Assembly (NCBI GenBank): GCA_963712655.1
Contig: CAVQIT010000002.1
Location: forward strand, 123,934-187,933
Reading direction: 5' to 3'
Length of the DNA stretch: 64,000 nucleotides
Source: an uncultured beta proteobacterium
GTDB lineage: Bacteria; Pseudomonadota; Gammaproteobacteria; Burkholderiales; Burkholderiaceae_B
Under the pieces are notes generated by a model, which had not been told where the DNA came from, ran no database searches, and saw only the letters and a list, made by a program, of their open reading frames with translations. The position numbers were made by a program, and so were the translations under genes. Below are positions 13,876-23,677 of this stretch, piece by piece. Numbering within the stretch: position 1 is the first letter of the stretch; every line of letters starts with the position of its first letter.

Positions 13876-14980
13876 ATTTCTTGATTTATATTCTCAGTAC
13901 AAAAGTATTCAAGCCGAGATCGACGAGGCTATCGCCAAGGTGATCGGCAGCTCGGCCTATGTCGGCGGGGCGGTGGTGGAGGACTTTGAAAACAGTTTCG
14001 CGTCATTCCAGCAAGCTGCTTATTGCGTCAGTGTCGGAAATGGCACCGATGCAATCGAAATCGTATTGGAAGCCTTTGGGTTCGCGCCCGGATCCGAAAT
14101 CATCGTTCCGGCCAACACGTTCATAGCCACCAGCGAGGCGGTAAGCCGCAGCGGGTATAAAGTCGTGTTTGCCGATGTGGATCCCGCCACGTATACGCTG
14201 GACATCAATGACGTGCGGCGCAGGATTACCCCGCGCACGGCGGCGATCATTGCGGTTCATTTATACGGGCACCCATGCGACATGGACGGGCTGCTCGCGC
14301 TGTGTGAAAAGCCGGGCCTGAAATTGATAGAGGACTGCGCGCAGGCGCATGGCGCCGAATACAAAGGCAGGCGCGTAGGCGCCATTGGCCATGCGGGGAC
14401 ATTCAGTTTTTATCCGGGCAAGAACCTGGGCGCTTACGGCGACGGCGGCGCGATTACCACCGACGACATGGGCCTGGCCCGGCAATGCCGGATGATAGCC
14501 AATCACGGCCGGACAGATAAATACGATCATCGATTCGAAGGACGGAACAGCCGGCTGGATGGGCTGCAGGCGGCAATCCTTGCCGTCAAGCTCAGGCATC
14601 TCGACGGCTGGATAGAACATCGCAATCGTGTGGCCGCATTCTACTTGTCGGAGCTCAAGGATATCGACGGCATGGTATTGCCGCGGATAGCCGATGGCTG
14701 CCGCCATGCGTTTCATTTGTTCGTGGTTCGCGCGCCGGGCAGGGACGCTCTTGCGGAGTTCTTGAAGACGAGGGATATCCAGACGGGAGTCCATTATCCG
14801 ATTGCGCTTCCCAAGCTGCAGGCATATCGATACATGGGTGAGCCTGAGCCCTCGATGAGGGCGAATCAGATGGATGGGCATCTGCTTAGCCTACCCATCG
14901 GCGAACATCTGGATGCCGGGCAAATGTCGGAGGTCGCGGATGCGGTCAAGGCTTTTTGCATGCGGGAGATGGTGGCGTAA
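13868..14980 (+). CDS. DegT/DnrJ/EryC1/StrS sugar aminotransferase, WlbC/WbpE-like
   Basis: NGTDA, VHLYG, IEDCAQAHGA, FSFYPGKNLGAYGDGG, NSRLD. Confidence 0.9.
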   Translation: MVKFLDLYSQYKSIQAEIDEAIAKVIGSSAYVGGAVVEDFENSFASFQQAAYCVSVGNGTDAIEIVLEAFGFAPGSEIIVPANTFIATSEAVSRSGYKVVFADVDPATYTLDINDVRRRITPRTAAIIAVHLYGHPCDMDGLLALCEKPGLKLIEDCAQAHGAEYKGRRVGAIGHAGTFSFYPGKNLGAYGDGGAITTDDMGLARQCRMIANHGRTDKYDHRFEGRNSRLDGLQAAILAVKLRHLDGWIEHRNRVAAFYLSELKDIDGMVLPRIADGCRHAFHLFVVRAPGRDALAEFLKTRDIQTGVHYPIALPKLQAYRYMGEPEPSMRANQMDGHLLSLPIGEHLDAGQMSEVADAVKAFCMREMVA

Positions 14981-15010
14981 GCGCCATTGACCGGAAGCTG
15001 TGCCATTGTC

Positions 15011-15046
15011 GCGCCCGCCGTCTCAAGCTTTGAGACGGCGGGCGTG
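15011..15046. terminator. GC-rich hairpin between convergent genes
   Basis: gcgcccgccgtctcaa...ttgagacggcgggcgt, ~15-bp stem; no clear U-tract. Confidence 0.6.
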
Positions 15047-15068
15047 CCTTGATATCAGCGCCTTGATA

Positions 15069-16190
15069 TCAATTCCTGAAAATACGCAGATAGCTGCGCT
15101 GGCACAAGTCCCATAGCGGCTTTTCGGTGCCGTAAAGACTATGCGGCTTCTCTTGCCTGCCTATATAGTCGAGCAGATCTTCCGGGGACCATCCCATCTT
15201 CTTCAGGAAGTATTGCCGATCGCGTTCCAGGTCGGCGTCGGAAAGATAAGCAATGCCTTCCAACCCTTGCAGGGCCTGCTCCCGAGTCATCTGACCTGTG
15301 GATACCAGGGTGGCCAGGTGCAGGCGGCGCTTGTCGACGCCGAATTTGTTCGGGAGGATGTAACCTTGATAAAAACGCGTAAAGATCGATTCGTAGTGCT
15401 TGTAAGGATATGGCTTATAGCCGTATTTCCGGGCCAGTTCCTCCAGCGCTTCGAATTTATTGTAGTGCATCATATCCAGGAATGATATCCACTGGACGCC
15501 ATGAATGAGCCGATCCCAAATATATTCCAACGTTCCTATCGTCGGAAATGTCTTGATTTGGACATCGCCAAAATTCCTGGCCAGGGCTTTGATATTTTTT
15601 TTGTCATACTTGAACCAATTCCAGCCCGGAGGCATGCGCATGCCCTCGGTCGCTTGATTGGTTCCGGCCAGGATATATTTGACATTGTGCTTGACGGCCA
15701 ATTGGTAGTTCACCCCCAGCATGGCATTGTCGTAGAGCAACTCGACATCGATCACATCGGCGTCGAAAAATGCCTGCATAAGTTTTTTGTATTCGCTCCA
15801 ATCAATGACATGGGTGTGCAAATCAACGCCCAGGCCCTGGACCAGGCTGGCTATGTTGTGCTGCGCCAGTTCGCTGTTCCAGCCATTGTCCATATGCACC
15901 GCAAGCGGCCGCAGCCCTTGTCTTATGGCCTGGAGCAAAACCCATGAGCTGTCCACCCCGCCGGACACGCCGATAACGCAGTCATAGCGCTTCCCTTGTC
16001 CCGCGGCTTTGACCTTGGAAATGAAAACATCCAGCTTGGCTTTCCGCGCAATGGGGGCTTGATGGATGGTGTCTTTGAAACGGGCAAAGAATTCGCGGCA
16101 ATAATTGCAGGATCCTTGCGCGTCGAACACGATATCGGAGGCGCTCGTGTCCATGACACAGCGGGTGCATACTTGATAAGGCCGATTCAT
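15069..16190 (-). CDS. N-acetyl sugar amidotransferase (WbpG-like)
   Basis: CTRCVMD...CNYC N-terminus, PP-loop GVSGGVDSS, DNGWNSE, KHYES.FTRF. Confidence 0.88.
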   Translation of the reverse strand: MNRPYQVCTRCVMDTSASDIVFDAQGSCNYCREFFARFKDTIHQAPIARKAKLDVFISKVKAAGQGKRYDCVIGVSGGVDSSWVLLQAIRQGLRPLAVHMDNGWNSELAQHNIASLVQGLGVDLHTHVIDWSEYKKLMQAFFDADVIDVELLYDNAMLGVNYQLAVKHNVKYILAGTNQATEGMRMPPGWNWFKYDKKNIKALARNFGDVQIKTFPTIGTLEYIWDRLIHGVQWISFLDMMHYNKFEALEELARKYGYKPYPYKHYESIFTRFYQGYILPNKFGVDKRRLHLATLVSTGQMTREQALQGLEGIAYLSDADLERDRQYFLKKMGWSPEDLLDYIGRQEKPHSLYGTEKPLWDLCQRSYLRIFRN

Positions 16191-16954
16191 ACGTGGTGCC
16201 CCAGTAGTTTTTCCAGCGTCGCGTATTGCGGATAAGTGATCAGGACAGCCCGGTGCGGTCCTTGAAAGACAAACAGCGCGCCGGCCGCGGCGGCGGATGC
16301 GCCGGCATCTATCGCCGCCTTGATATCCGCCAGGCTGCCCGCGCCTCCCAGTGCGATCAGGGGTACCCGGACGGCTTTTGCCGCCAGCCGGATTATCTCC
16401 AGGTCATAGCCGGTCATTTCTCCGTCCCGATCCACGGCGTTCACCATGACTTCGCCGGCGCCCGCCGCGACAGCTTTCCGGGCAAAATCCAGCCAGTCCC
16501 GCGCGCAGGTCCGGCCCTTGGCGCTTTCATAGAGCATGGGCTTGTTGAGCCAATTACGCTTCACATCGACCGATATCACTATGCTCTGCGTACCGAAACG
16601 GGCGGCAATATGCGAAACAAGATCCAACTGTTCAAGGGCGGCCGATTGCAGGCAAATTTTTTCGATGCCCAAGTCGAACAATTGCGCGGCCTGGGCTACT
16701 GTGCGCACGCCTCCTCCATAGCAAAGCGGCATGAAGCACTCTCCCGCAATCAATTCCATGGTTGCGTAGTCCGGCTCCTTTCCAAGCCTGGATGCGGCAA
16801 TATCGAGCACTATCAGCTCGTCGACTTCTTTCTCATTGAAAATGCGAATCGCGTTGATGGGGTCGCCGACGTATTTGGCATCTTTGAAGCGGCGTGTCTT
16901 CACCAGGCCGCCGTCGCGCAGCAGCAAGGCTGGAATAACCCGGTGTTTAAGCAA
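16187..16954 (-). CDS. HisF-like cyclase subunit (acetamidino modification, HisF2/WbuZ-like)
   Basis: RVIPALL...YVGDPINAIRIFNEKEVDEL, YGGG, DRDG.M.GYD. Confidence 0.88.
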   Translation of the reverse strand: MLKHRVIPALLLRDGGLVKTRRFKDAKYVGDPINAIRIFNEKEVDELIVLDIAASRLGKEPDYATMELIAGECFMPLCYGGGVRTVAQAAQLFDLGIEKICLQSAALEQLDLVSHIAARFGTQSIVISVDVKRNWLNKPMLYESAKGRTCARDWLDFARKAVAAGAGEVMVNAVDRDGEMTGYDLEIIRLAAKAVRVPLIALGGAGSLADIKAAIDAGASAAAAGALFVFQGPHRAVLITYPQYATLEKLLGHHV

Positions 16955-17573
16955 CTTGAAGTTCCACGAAATTACGGATCAGGTCCATGCCGAAGCGGTG
17001 ACTCTTTTCTGGATGGAATTGCACGCCAAACAGGTTTTTTCGCTGAAAGGCGGCAACGAACTCTTCTCCGTAGCCAGTCATCGCAATGGGGTCGTCCGGA
17101 TCATCGCAGGCAACATAGTACGAATGCACGAAGTAAAAGCGCTGCTCGCCGGCATCGGACGCCAGCAAAGGGTTGCCGCGGGCCACCCGTATGGTGTTCC
17201 AGCCCATATGCGGTATACGCATAGCATTATGGGCGGGAAATGAAAAGCGCCGGACTTGCGCGTTGATCCAGCCCAGTCCCGGCATTGCGCCTTCTTCGCT
17301 GGCGCGGCACATCAACTGCATTCCCAGGCATATGCCCAGTATGGGAATGGCACCGGCGAATGCCACCGCTGCCAATCCCGGCAGCAGGCCGCGCGATTCC
17401 AGCTGCGACATGCCATGATCGAAAGCGCCCACGCCGGGTATGACCAGTTTCGTTGTTGCCGTTAATTCAGCGGGCGAAGAAATCCGTCGCGCCTGGCCGC
17501 CCGCCCGTTCGATCATACGGATGACGGAATTGATATTGCCGGCGCCGTAGTCAAGGACGGATATCCTATCCAT
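16947..17573 (-). CDS. HisH-like glutamine amidotransferase subunit
   Basis: DYGAGNI.S, PGVGAF, GICLGMQ, PHMGWN, FYFVHSY, QFHPEKS. Confidence 0.9.
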   Translation of the reverse strand: MDRISVLDYGAGNINSVIRMIERAGGQARRISSPAELTATTKLVIPGVGAFDHGMSQLESRGLLPGLAAVAFAGAIPILGICLGMQLMCRASEEGAMPGLGWINAQVRRFSFPAHNAMRIPHMGWNTIRVARGNPLLASDAGEQRFYFVHSYYVACDDPDDPIAMTGYGEEFVAAFQRKNLFGVQFHPEKSHRFGMDLIRNFVELQVA

Positions 17574-19464
17574 GCTTGCCGCAGCCGCTATGCTCATACC
17601 ATTTAATGAAATTGACCCATCGCCACACATGGGCGGTGCAAGGGATTTTTCCGCTGACTATCGCATCAAAATGCTCCAGCAGAGCGTGCGCATTCAGAAA
17701 AGGGATGTCATGGCTGGCTTGCAACCAATAGCGAACGGTATTGGCTATTTCCATTAGCCATGTGTGTTCCGGCGTCGCAAATCCGATTTTGTCTTTTCGG
17801 TCCAGCAACTGATCAGGCACTATTCCACGCATGGCGGCGCGGAACACGCTTTTGGTCTCGCCATTGCGCGAAATCAAATAATGTTCCGGCAAAGAGAAGA
17901 GCAGGTTCGCCAGCGGCAGGGTCAAGAAGGGCACTCTGCTTTCAAGCGAGAATTGCATTGAACTGCGGTCGCTTTCCCGCAGAAAGCCCGGTAAGTTGCG
18001 GTTGTTCAAAGCGCTGGCCAAGCGTTCCATGACGCGCCGCCCTTTGGCGCTTTTGTGCTGCTTTTCCCGCTCAAATACCATCTTCACGCCGGCGTCGGCC
18101 AGGGCATCGGCATTGATCCATGCCGGCGTAAAGCCGCGGCCCATGACCTTGCTCGCGACGCAGAACAGGTCGTCTGAAAGTGTGATGGCGGCAAGATATT
18201 GCCAGGCGCGCCCATAGCTGCGGCCCGGCCAGCGAGCCCATTGCCGGGCGAAGCGCTCCGCCCCGGACAGATCGCCGCATTCGAGCAGGCTTAGAAGGCG
18301 ATGGCCCGGAAAGCCCGAGTAGCCCGCCAGCAACTCATCCGCGCCTTGCCCTTCGAGGGTCACGATAATGCCGTTCTCGCGCGCCAATCGAAATACGCAA
18401 AACTGCGCGTAGGCGCTGGAACTGGTGAAAGGTTCCCCTTGCAATTGGATCAATCGGTCGAGGTCGTCGGCGAGGTCGTTGCCCGTGGCGCTGACTTTAT
18501 GCACCTTGGCACCGGTAAATTGGTTGATACGATCGATCCAGATCTCCTCCGATTGCACATACCCGGGGGCAATATAGCTGAACGTGTTGATCGGCTGGCC
18601 GGGGTCCATGTATCGCATGGCGCAGACAATTGCCGATGAATCGATTCCTCCCGAGAGCGCCGCGCCTAAGGGCACATCGCTGCGCAGGTGCAGGCGGACA
18701 TTGTGCAGAAATTGTTCGCGCACGGCCTCGGCCGCCTGATCGAATGTCAAGTCGGATTTTTCGCGGAAATCCGGCCGCCACCAGGCCATGGGCTTGCTTG
18801 CTCCGGGGCAGGACAAGTCGACTTCCATCCAGTGCCCAGGCGGGAGCATTTCTATTCCGTTTATAAACGTATCTTGCTGGTTGTCAAAATCGCCGTGCAC
18901 CAGATAGTCATAGCAGCGTTGCAGGTTGGCTTGTGGCTTTTCCTCGCGCATGCACAGGATCGCCGATGGCTCGGAGGCAAACAGGAAACGGTCGGGACGC
19001 AGGTCAAAATAGAAAGGCTTGATGCCGAATGCATCGCGTACGCAACTCAGTGTTTTGGTTTCGGCGTCGTACACCACAAAAGCAAACATTCCCTCAAGGT
19101 GAACCAGGCAGTCGACATTCCATTCCTGCCACGCCTTGAGCAATACTTCGGTATCCGAGTCTGATTCGAAGGCATAGCCAAGCGCCGCCAGCTCTTGTCT
19201 GATCTCGCGATAGTTATATACTTCCCCATTGAAAATTATGGTGAATCGTCTTCCTTGAGATTTCATGGGCTGGCGGCCCGCGGTGCTCAGGTCGATGATG
19301 GAAAGCCTGGTGTGCCCGAGCGCCAATTGGCCATTGCCGACCGCGAATAGCTCGATTCCCCGGTCATCGGGTCCTCGCCGTCTCAGCTTGCTTTGCGAAT
19401 TTTTCATTCTGTTTTGCAGATCGAGAGGTGGCTGCAGCCACCATCCGCCAGTAATGCCGCACAT
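17566..19464 (-). CDS. Asparagine synthase-like amidotransferase (polysaccharide amidation)
   Basis: MCGI Ntn N-terminus, RGPD, FNGEVYNY, RDAFGIKP, LSGGIDSS, GQGADEL.AGY. Confidence 0.9.
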   Translation of the reverse strand: MCGITGGWWLQPPLDLQNRMKNSQSKLRRRGPDDRGIELFAVGNGQLALGHTRLSIIDLSTAGRQPMKSQGRRFTIIFNGEVYNYREIRQELAALGYAFESDSDTEVLLKAWQEWNVDCLVHLEGMFAFVVYDAETKTLSCVRDAFGIKPFYFDLRPDRFLFASEPSAILCMREEKPQANLQRCYDYLVHGDFDNQQDTFINGIEMLPPGHWMEVDLSCPGASKPMAWWRPDFREKSDLTFDQAAEAVREQFLHNVRLHLRSDVPLGAALSGGIDSSAIVCAMRYMDPGQPINTFSYIAPGYVQSEEIWIDRINQFTGAKVHKVSATGNDLADDLDRLIQLQGEPFTSSSAYAQFCVFRLARENGIIVTLEGQGADELLAGYSGFPGHRLLSLLECGDLSGAERFARQWARWPGRSYGRAWQYLAAITLSDDLFCVASKVMGRGFTPAWINADALADAGVKMVFEREKQHKSAKGRRVMERLASALNNRNLPGFLRESDRSSMQFSLESRVPFLTLPLANLLFSLPEHYLISRNGETKSVFRAAMRGIVPDQLLDRKDKIGFATPEHTWLMEIANTVRYWLQASHDIPFLNAHALLEHFDAIVSGKIPCTAHVWRWVNFIKWYEHSGCGKHG

Positions 19465-19516
19465 AGGTAGCTCCTTGGTCTTGCTTGCGGGAAGTAAATT
19501 GAAACTGGCGATTTCT

Positions 19517-19629
19517 GGCGCGGGGCTGCGTTGCGGATTGGTTGCGTACACTCGGTACGCCGCCTCACCCGCGCCTTGCCCTGCGCCCGATATGCCACCG
19601 GGGCGGGCGGGATTGAGCGTTAACAGGCC
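19517..19629. mobile_element. MITE-like element, copy A (left-truncated)
   Basis: Core gttgcggat..gttgcgtacactcggtacgccgcctcacccgcgccttgccctgcgcccgatatg plus right end ...gcgttaacaggcc followed by CTAG; shared with 34465-34620 and 51979-52242. Confidence 0.75.
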
Positions 19630-20967
19630 CTAGTCAGCAGGGGCCTTGCCCGTGGCGTCATTGCCGATGGCCGGTATTTCCTGGACGGTCTCGAGGTTGA
19701 TTTCGTATTGATAATTTGTCGCCCAGACAATGACGGCGAAATAGGCTCCGAAGAGCACGATTTCATGAGCGACAAAAACTTGCAGGAGAATCTCTATGCC
19801 CTGCCTGGAACACAGAAGGAGTACTGTTGTCAGTGTAAAAAAATACACCACTTGCCATACCACGGCTTTTTTCAGATTGTGGTTGAGGTTCAGTACCACG
19901 CTCAATGGACTGACCATGAAGCGGACTGCCGCCGCCACCGAAAGCGGGCCCGCGAACTCGCCGGCTCTTGCCCATTCTTTTCCAAACACAAAGGAGAATA
20001 TTTCCTCGCCGAATCCCATGAACAGAAGACAGAACGGGCAGGCAATACAGCCCAGAAGCAGGAATATCCTGACTATGAGGCGTCGCAGGACCCCGGGCGT
20101 TTCGTTATCCAGTTCCGCTATTTTTTGATAGAGAACCTGGGAAATGGCGTTAGAGATAAGAAACAGGGGTAAAGACAAAACCTTCAAGGTAAAGCTGAAC
20201 AGGCCGGTTATCGACGCCGAGAAGAAACTGGCGATAATAAACAAAGGCATTTGCGAAGCGCCGCTGTCGAAAAGCGCGCCCCATACCGAAAATAGCGGAA
20301 ACCGTCTGTATTTCCTTGCATTTTGCCTGATGCCTGCGAGGCTGACCGCCGAACGCGATTCGGAAATCGACAGCCAGTTGGCTTTGACCAGGCTGACAAG
20401 ACTCAGGAACTGGCCTACCACGCAGCCCGCGACAAGTCCGTTCCAAGCGCTGAATCCATATCCCAATCCGCATTGGGTGACACCGGTGGTGCCGGCCTGG
20501 ACGGCGCGGTTTACCGCCAATTGATGAAAACGCTTGCCGCGGTTGTTCCAGTAAATCATGATCTGATTGGCCGACGACAACACCACGCTCAAGGGCAGGA
20601 AATAAATCCAATTGCCTACCAGAGTGGTATTCAGCGCCACGAACAGCGCATTGTCGAATACATAAATCGCACCCAGCAGGATGGCCCCGGCAACCAAGGT
20701 AATGGCGACGGAAAGCATGACGATGTTCAGGGCGTCGCCGTCCTCTCTGGGCAGCATGATCGCCGTTTCGTATCTGGCCGCGGCGACAACGCTGACGATA
20801 GCGTTGATGGCGGTGAACAGGGCCAGCACGCCGAAATCGGCCGGGGTATAAAGCCGCGAAAGGATGGGGCTGATGGCAACCGACAACATCTGGGCGGCCA
20901 GCGTCCCAGTCATCAGAGTGATGACGTTGCGGGTGAACTCGCCCTTGAAGCCGAATGCCTTAAGCAT
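19630..20967 (-). CDS. wzx: Wzx oligosaccharide flippase
   Basis: Multi-TM protein, PILSRLYTPADFG, RYETAIMLP, GKEWARAG. Confidence 0.88.
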   Translation of the reverse strand: MLKAFGFKGEFTRNVITLMTGTLAAQMLSVAISPILSRLYTPADFGVLALFTAINAIVSVVAAARYETAIMLPREDGDALNIVMLSVAITLVAGAILLGAIYVFDNALFVALNTTLVGNWIYFLPLSVVLSSANQIMIYWNNRGKRFHQLAVNRAVQAGTTGVTQCGLGYGFSAWNGLVAGCVVGQFLSLVSLVKANWLSISESRSAVSLAGIRQNARKYRRFPLFSVWGALFDSGASQMPLFIIASFFSASITGLFSFTLKVLSLPLFLISNAISQVLYQKIAELDNETPGVLRRLIVRIFLLLGCIACPFCLLFMGFGEEIFSFVFGKEWARAGEFAGPLSVAAAVRFMVSPLSVVLNLNHNLKKAVVWQVVYFFTLTTVLLLCSRQGIEILLQVFVAHEIVLFGAYFAVIVWATNYQYEINLETVQEIPAIGNDATGKAPAD

Positions 20968-22149
20968 AAGCGGGCTTCTCGGCGGCGCTCATCATTACCT
21001 GCGTGAGGGTCTCGCAACATTTTTCGATTTCCTGCCGGGTCAGTGTCGGATGCACCAGGAACATCAGGGCGGTCTCGCCCAGTTCCTTCGCTATCGGCAA
21101 GCGTTGCTTCGGACGCCAGCCGGTGCCGTCGAACGCCTGCTCCATGTAGACTTCGGAACAGGACCCTGTATAACAAGGCACGCCCCGGGCGTTGATTTCT
21201 TCCGCTATGCGGTCGCGATTCCAGTCGTCTTTCAGTTTTCCGGGGTCGACAAATACATAGCATTTGTAGGCCGCGTGGGAAATGTCGGCTGGCAAGGCAG
21301 GCACGCGCAAGCCCGGCAATTGCGCCGCCGCCGCCCAGATTCGTTGCGCCAGCGCAAGCCGGGTGGCATGCCACTGCGCCATGCGGCGCAATTGAATGCG
21401 GCCTATCGCCGCCTGGGTTTCCATCATGCGCCAGTTGGTGCCGAAGCTTTCGTGCAGCCAACGGAATCCGGGCTTGTGCTCGCGCTGATAGATGGCATCC
21501 CAGCTTTTTCCATGATCCTTGAACGACCACATTCTGGACCACAACGCGCGATTGCCGGTGGTGGCCATGCCGCCTTCGCCGCCGGTGCTTATAATTTTGT
21601 CCTGGCAGAAGGACCAGGCTCCGATATGGCCTATCGTTCCGACGGCCTGCCCCTTGTACAGGGCGCCATGCGCTTGCGCGCAGTCCTCGATAACGTATAG
21701 ATTGTGCCTGGCGGCCAGTTCCATGATGGGGTCCATGTCGCAAGGCCAGCCGGCCAGGTGCACACAGATGACGGCGCGCGTCCTGGGGCTTAGTACGGCT
21801 TGAATGGTCGCCGCGGTAATGTTCTGCGAGTCGCGGTCCACTTCGGCGAACACCGGCGTCGCCCCGGCGTTGACGACGCATGACGCGGAAGCCAGAAAGC
21901 TGCGGGGCGTGACAACCACTTCGTCGCCCGCTCCTATGTCCAATGCCTGCAAGGCCGCGTCCAGCGCCAGCGTTCCATTGCTTACCGCCACAGCGTAATC
22001 GCAGCCCACCCATGCCGCGAATTCCTGTTCGAACTTGCGGCATTCCTGTCCAGTCCAGTAGTTCACCTTGTTCGACAGTATCACTTCGCGCACGGCGTCG
22101 GCCTCTTCCGGAGTAAAGGAGGGCCATGGAGAAAGGGGGTATTGAGCAT
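20960..22149 (-). CDS. UDP-4-keto-6-deoxy-GlcNAc aminotransferase (Neisseria PglC-like; 1-nt frameshift near 22133)
   Basis: Adding one base gives MLNTPFSPWPSFTPEEADAVREVILSNKVNYWTG; EDCAQAHGA, SFCQDKI.STGGEGG. Confidence 0.87.
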
Positions 22150-22191
22150 AGCTGCGCCTTTCTGGAAAGAGTGGGCAAGGGGTGGCGGGGT

Positions 22192-23604
22192 CTACTCAGG
22201 CGCTTTCTTGGCCACCGAGTTGATGATGTATTTGAGGTCTTTCAGAAAGCTGTAGTCGCGGATATATTCTTTGTTGATTTTTACTTTGTCCGGCCAAATC
22301 ACTTCGCGGTTATATCGAAGCGCGTCCGCCTGCCGGCTTAGTATCTCTTCTTCATTCTTGTACTTCAGCGTTGCGGGACCCGTGATGCCTGGCCGGACAG
22401 AAAGAATGATCCGGTCTTCGCCTTGCAGGTCATCGGCATAGCCGGGCACATCGGGGCGAGGGCCTACAAAACTCATGTCGCCGGCCAGCACGTTCCATAG
22501 CTGCGGCAGCTCATCAAGCTTGGTTTTTCGCAGAAGGGCGCCGGTTCGGGTTATCCGGCCATCGGCAGAGGTCGTGACAGTGCCGGCGCAGCCTTCGCAT
22601 TCCCGCATGGTCTTGATTTTGAGTATCTTGAACTTGGCGCCGCCGCGCCCTATCCGTTCCTGGATAAACAGGCCATTGCCGCGGGTATCCAGCGACGCGG
22701 CGATCCAGGCGAGCAGGATGAGCGGCGACAGGATAATCAACCCGAAAAACGCAAAGAACAGATCGAAAGCCCGTTTCAGCGCCAAGCTGCACAGGGATGC
22801 CAAGTCCAGTTTGGCGTGGGAATACAGCATTTTTTTCAGCCGTGCCGGCACAATCGCCAAGATGAATCGGATAGCCGTATTCTTCAGGAAGTCGAATTTC
22901 GACAAGAAGCCTATCTTTCTTTGATAGCAGATAACGGCATATTCGTATTTGAAGCTTTGCAGCCCATTCCTGGACATGAATCCCGCCCCGGCCCGCACCA
23001 TGAACAGCTTATCGGGTAAATTCGCCAGCTTGTATCCGTGTACGATCAACAGCGACCACAAGGCGACGTCTTGCGAGCGTTTGAACAAGGGATAGCCGCC
23101 TACCGCCTGCAGCGCGGATTTTCTGAATACCGCGGCGGCGTGGCTGATCGGGCTTCGGGTCTTGGCAAAGCGCACCAATTCTTCGTGAGTCAAGGGCAGG
23201 ATGCGCGAGGAAAAAACCACGCCCTGTTCGTCGAACTCATCCAGGGCCGCGCTGCTGGCAGCGATATCGGGATTGTCCGCCATGAAACCGATTTGTTTCT
23301 CGAACCGCCGCGGCAGCGAAATGTCATCGCTGTCCATCCTGGCGATCAGTTCGTGGCGGCAGTGTTTCAGGCCTGCATTCAGCGCAACGGCAAGCCCGCT
23401 ATTGTTGGCGAGCCTGACTGTCGATATGTTCAATGGCGATCTGAACGCTTCAATGATGGCGGTCAATGCGCTTGGCAACGGGCCGTCTTCGACCAGGACC
23501 ACTTCGCTTGCCTGCAGCGTCTGGTCGAGCAGACTCTGCAGCGCCTGTCGCAAATAGTCGGGCTGCTCGGCATGATAAACCGACATCAAGACTGAAAAAT
23601 TCAT
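22192..23604 (-). CDS. Fusion: GT2 glycosyltransferase + monotopic phosphoglycosyltransferase (Bac_transf)
   Basis: N-term FSVLMSVY...VEDGPL...ARMDSDD; C-term LKRAFD..SP helix, [27 protein letters not shown]. Confidence 0.88.
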   Translation of the reverse strand: MNFSVLMSVYHAEQPDYLRQALQSLLDQTLQASEVVLVEDGPLPSALTAIIEAFRSPLNISTVRLANNSGLAVALNAGLKHCRHELIARMDSDDISLPRRFEKQIGFMADNPDIAASSAALDEFDEQGVVFSSRILPLTHEELVRFAKTRSPISHAAAVFRKSALQAVGGYPLFKRSQDVALWSLLIVHGYKLANLPDKLFMVRAGAGFMSRNGLQSFKYEYAVICYQRKIGFLSKFDFLKNTAIRFILAIVPARLKKMLYSHAKLDLASLCSLALKRAFDLFFAFFGLIILSPLILLAWIAASLDTRGNGLFIQERIGRGGAKFKILKIKTMRECEGCAGTVTTSADGRITRTGALLRKTKLDELPQLWNVLAGDMSFVGPRPDVPGYADDLQGEDRIILSVRPGITGPATLKYKNEEEILSRQADALRYNREVIWPDKVKINKEYIRDYSFLKDLKYIINSVAKKAPE

Positions 23605-23677
23605 GGCTATTCCTTGTGGCTTTGGGCCGGATCGGCCGCCGGATCAGCCGTTTTCGGCACCAGTCCGGCCAACATAC

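Noticed and set aside
10732-15068. Invertible switch around the ugd-wlbABC block
   Set aside because: No flanking inverted repeats and no recombinase in the window
16187-17573. hisF/hisH as histidine biosynthesis genes
   Set aside because: Coupled to a WbpG-like amidotransferase in a polysaccharide locus; no other his genes present
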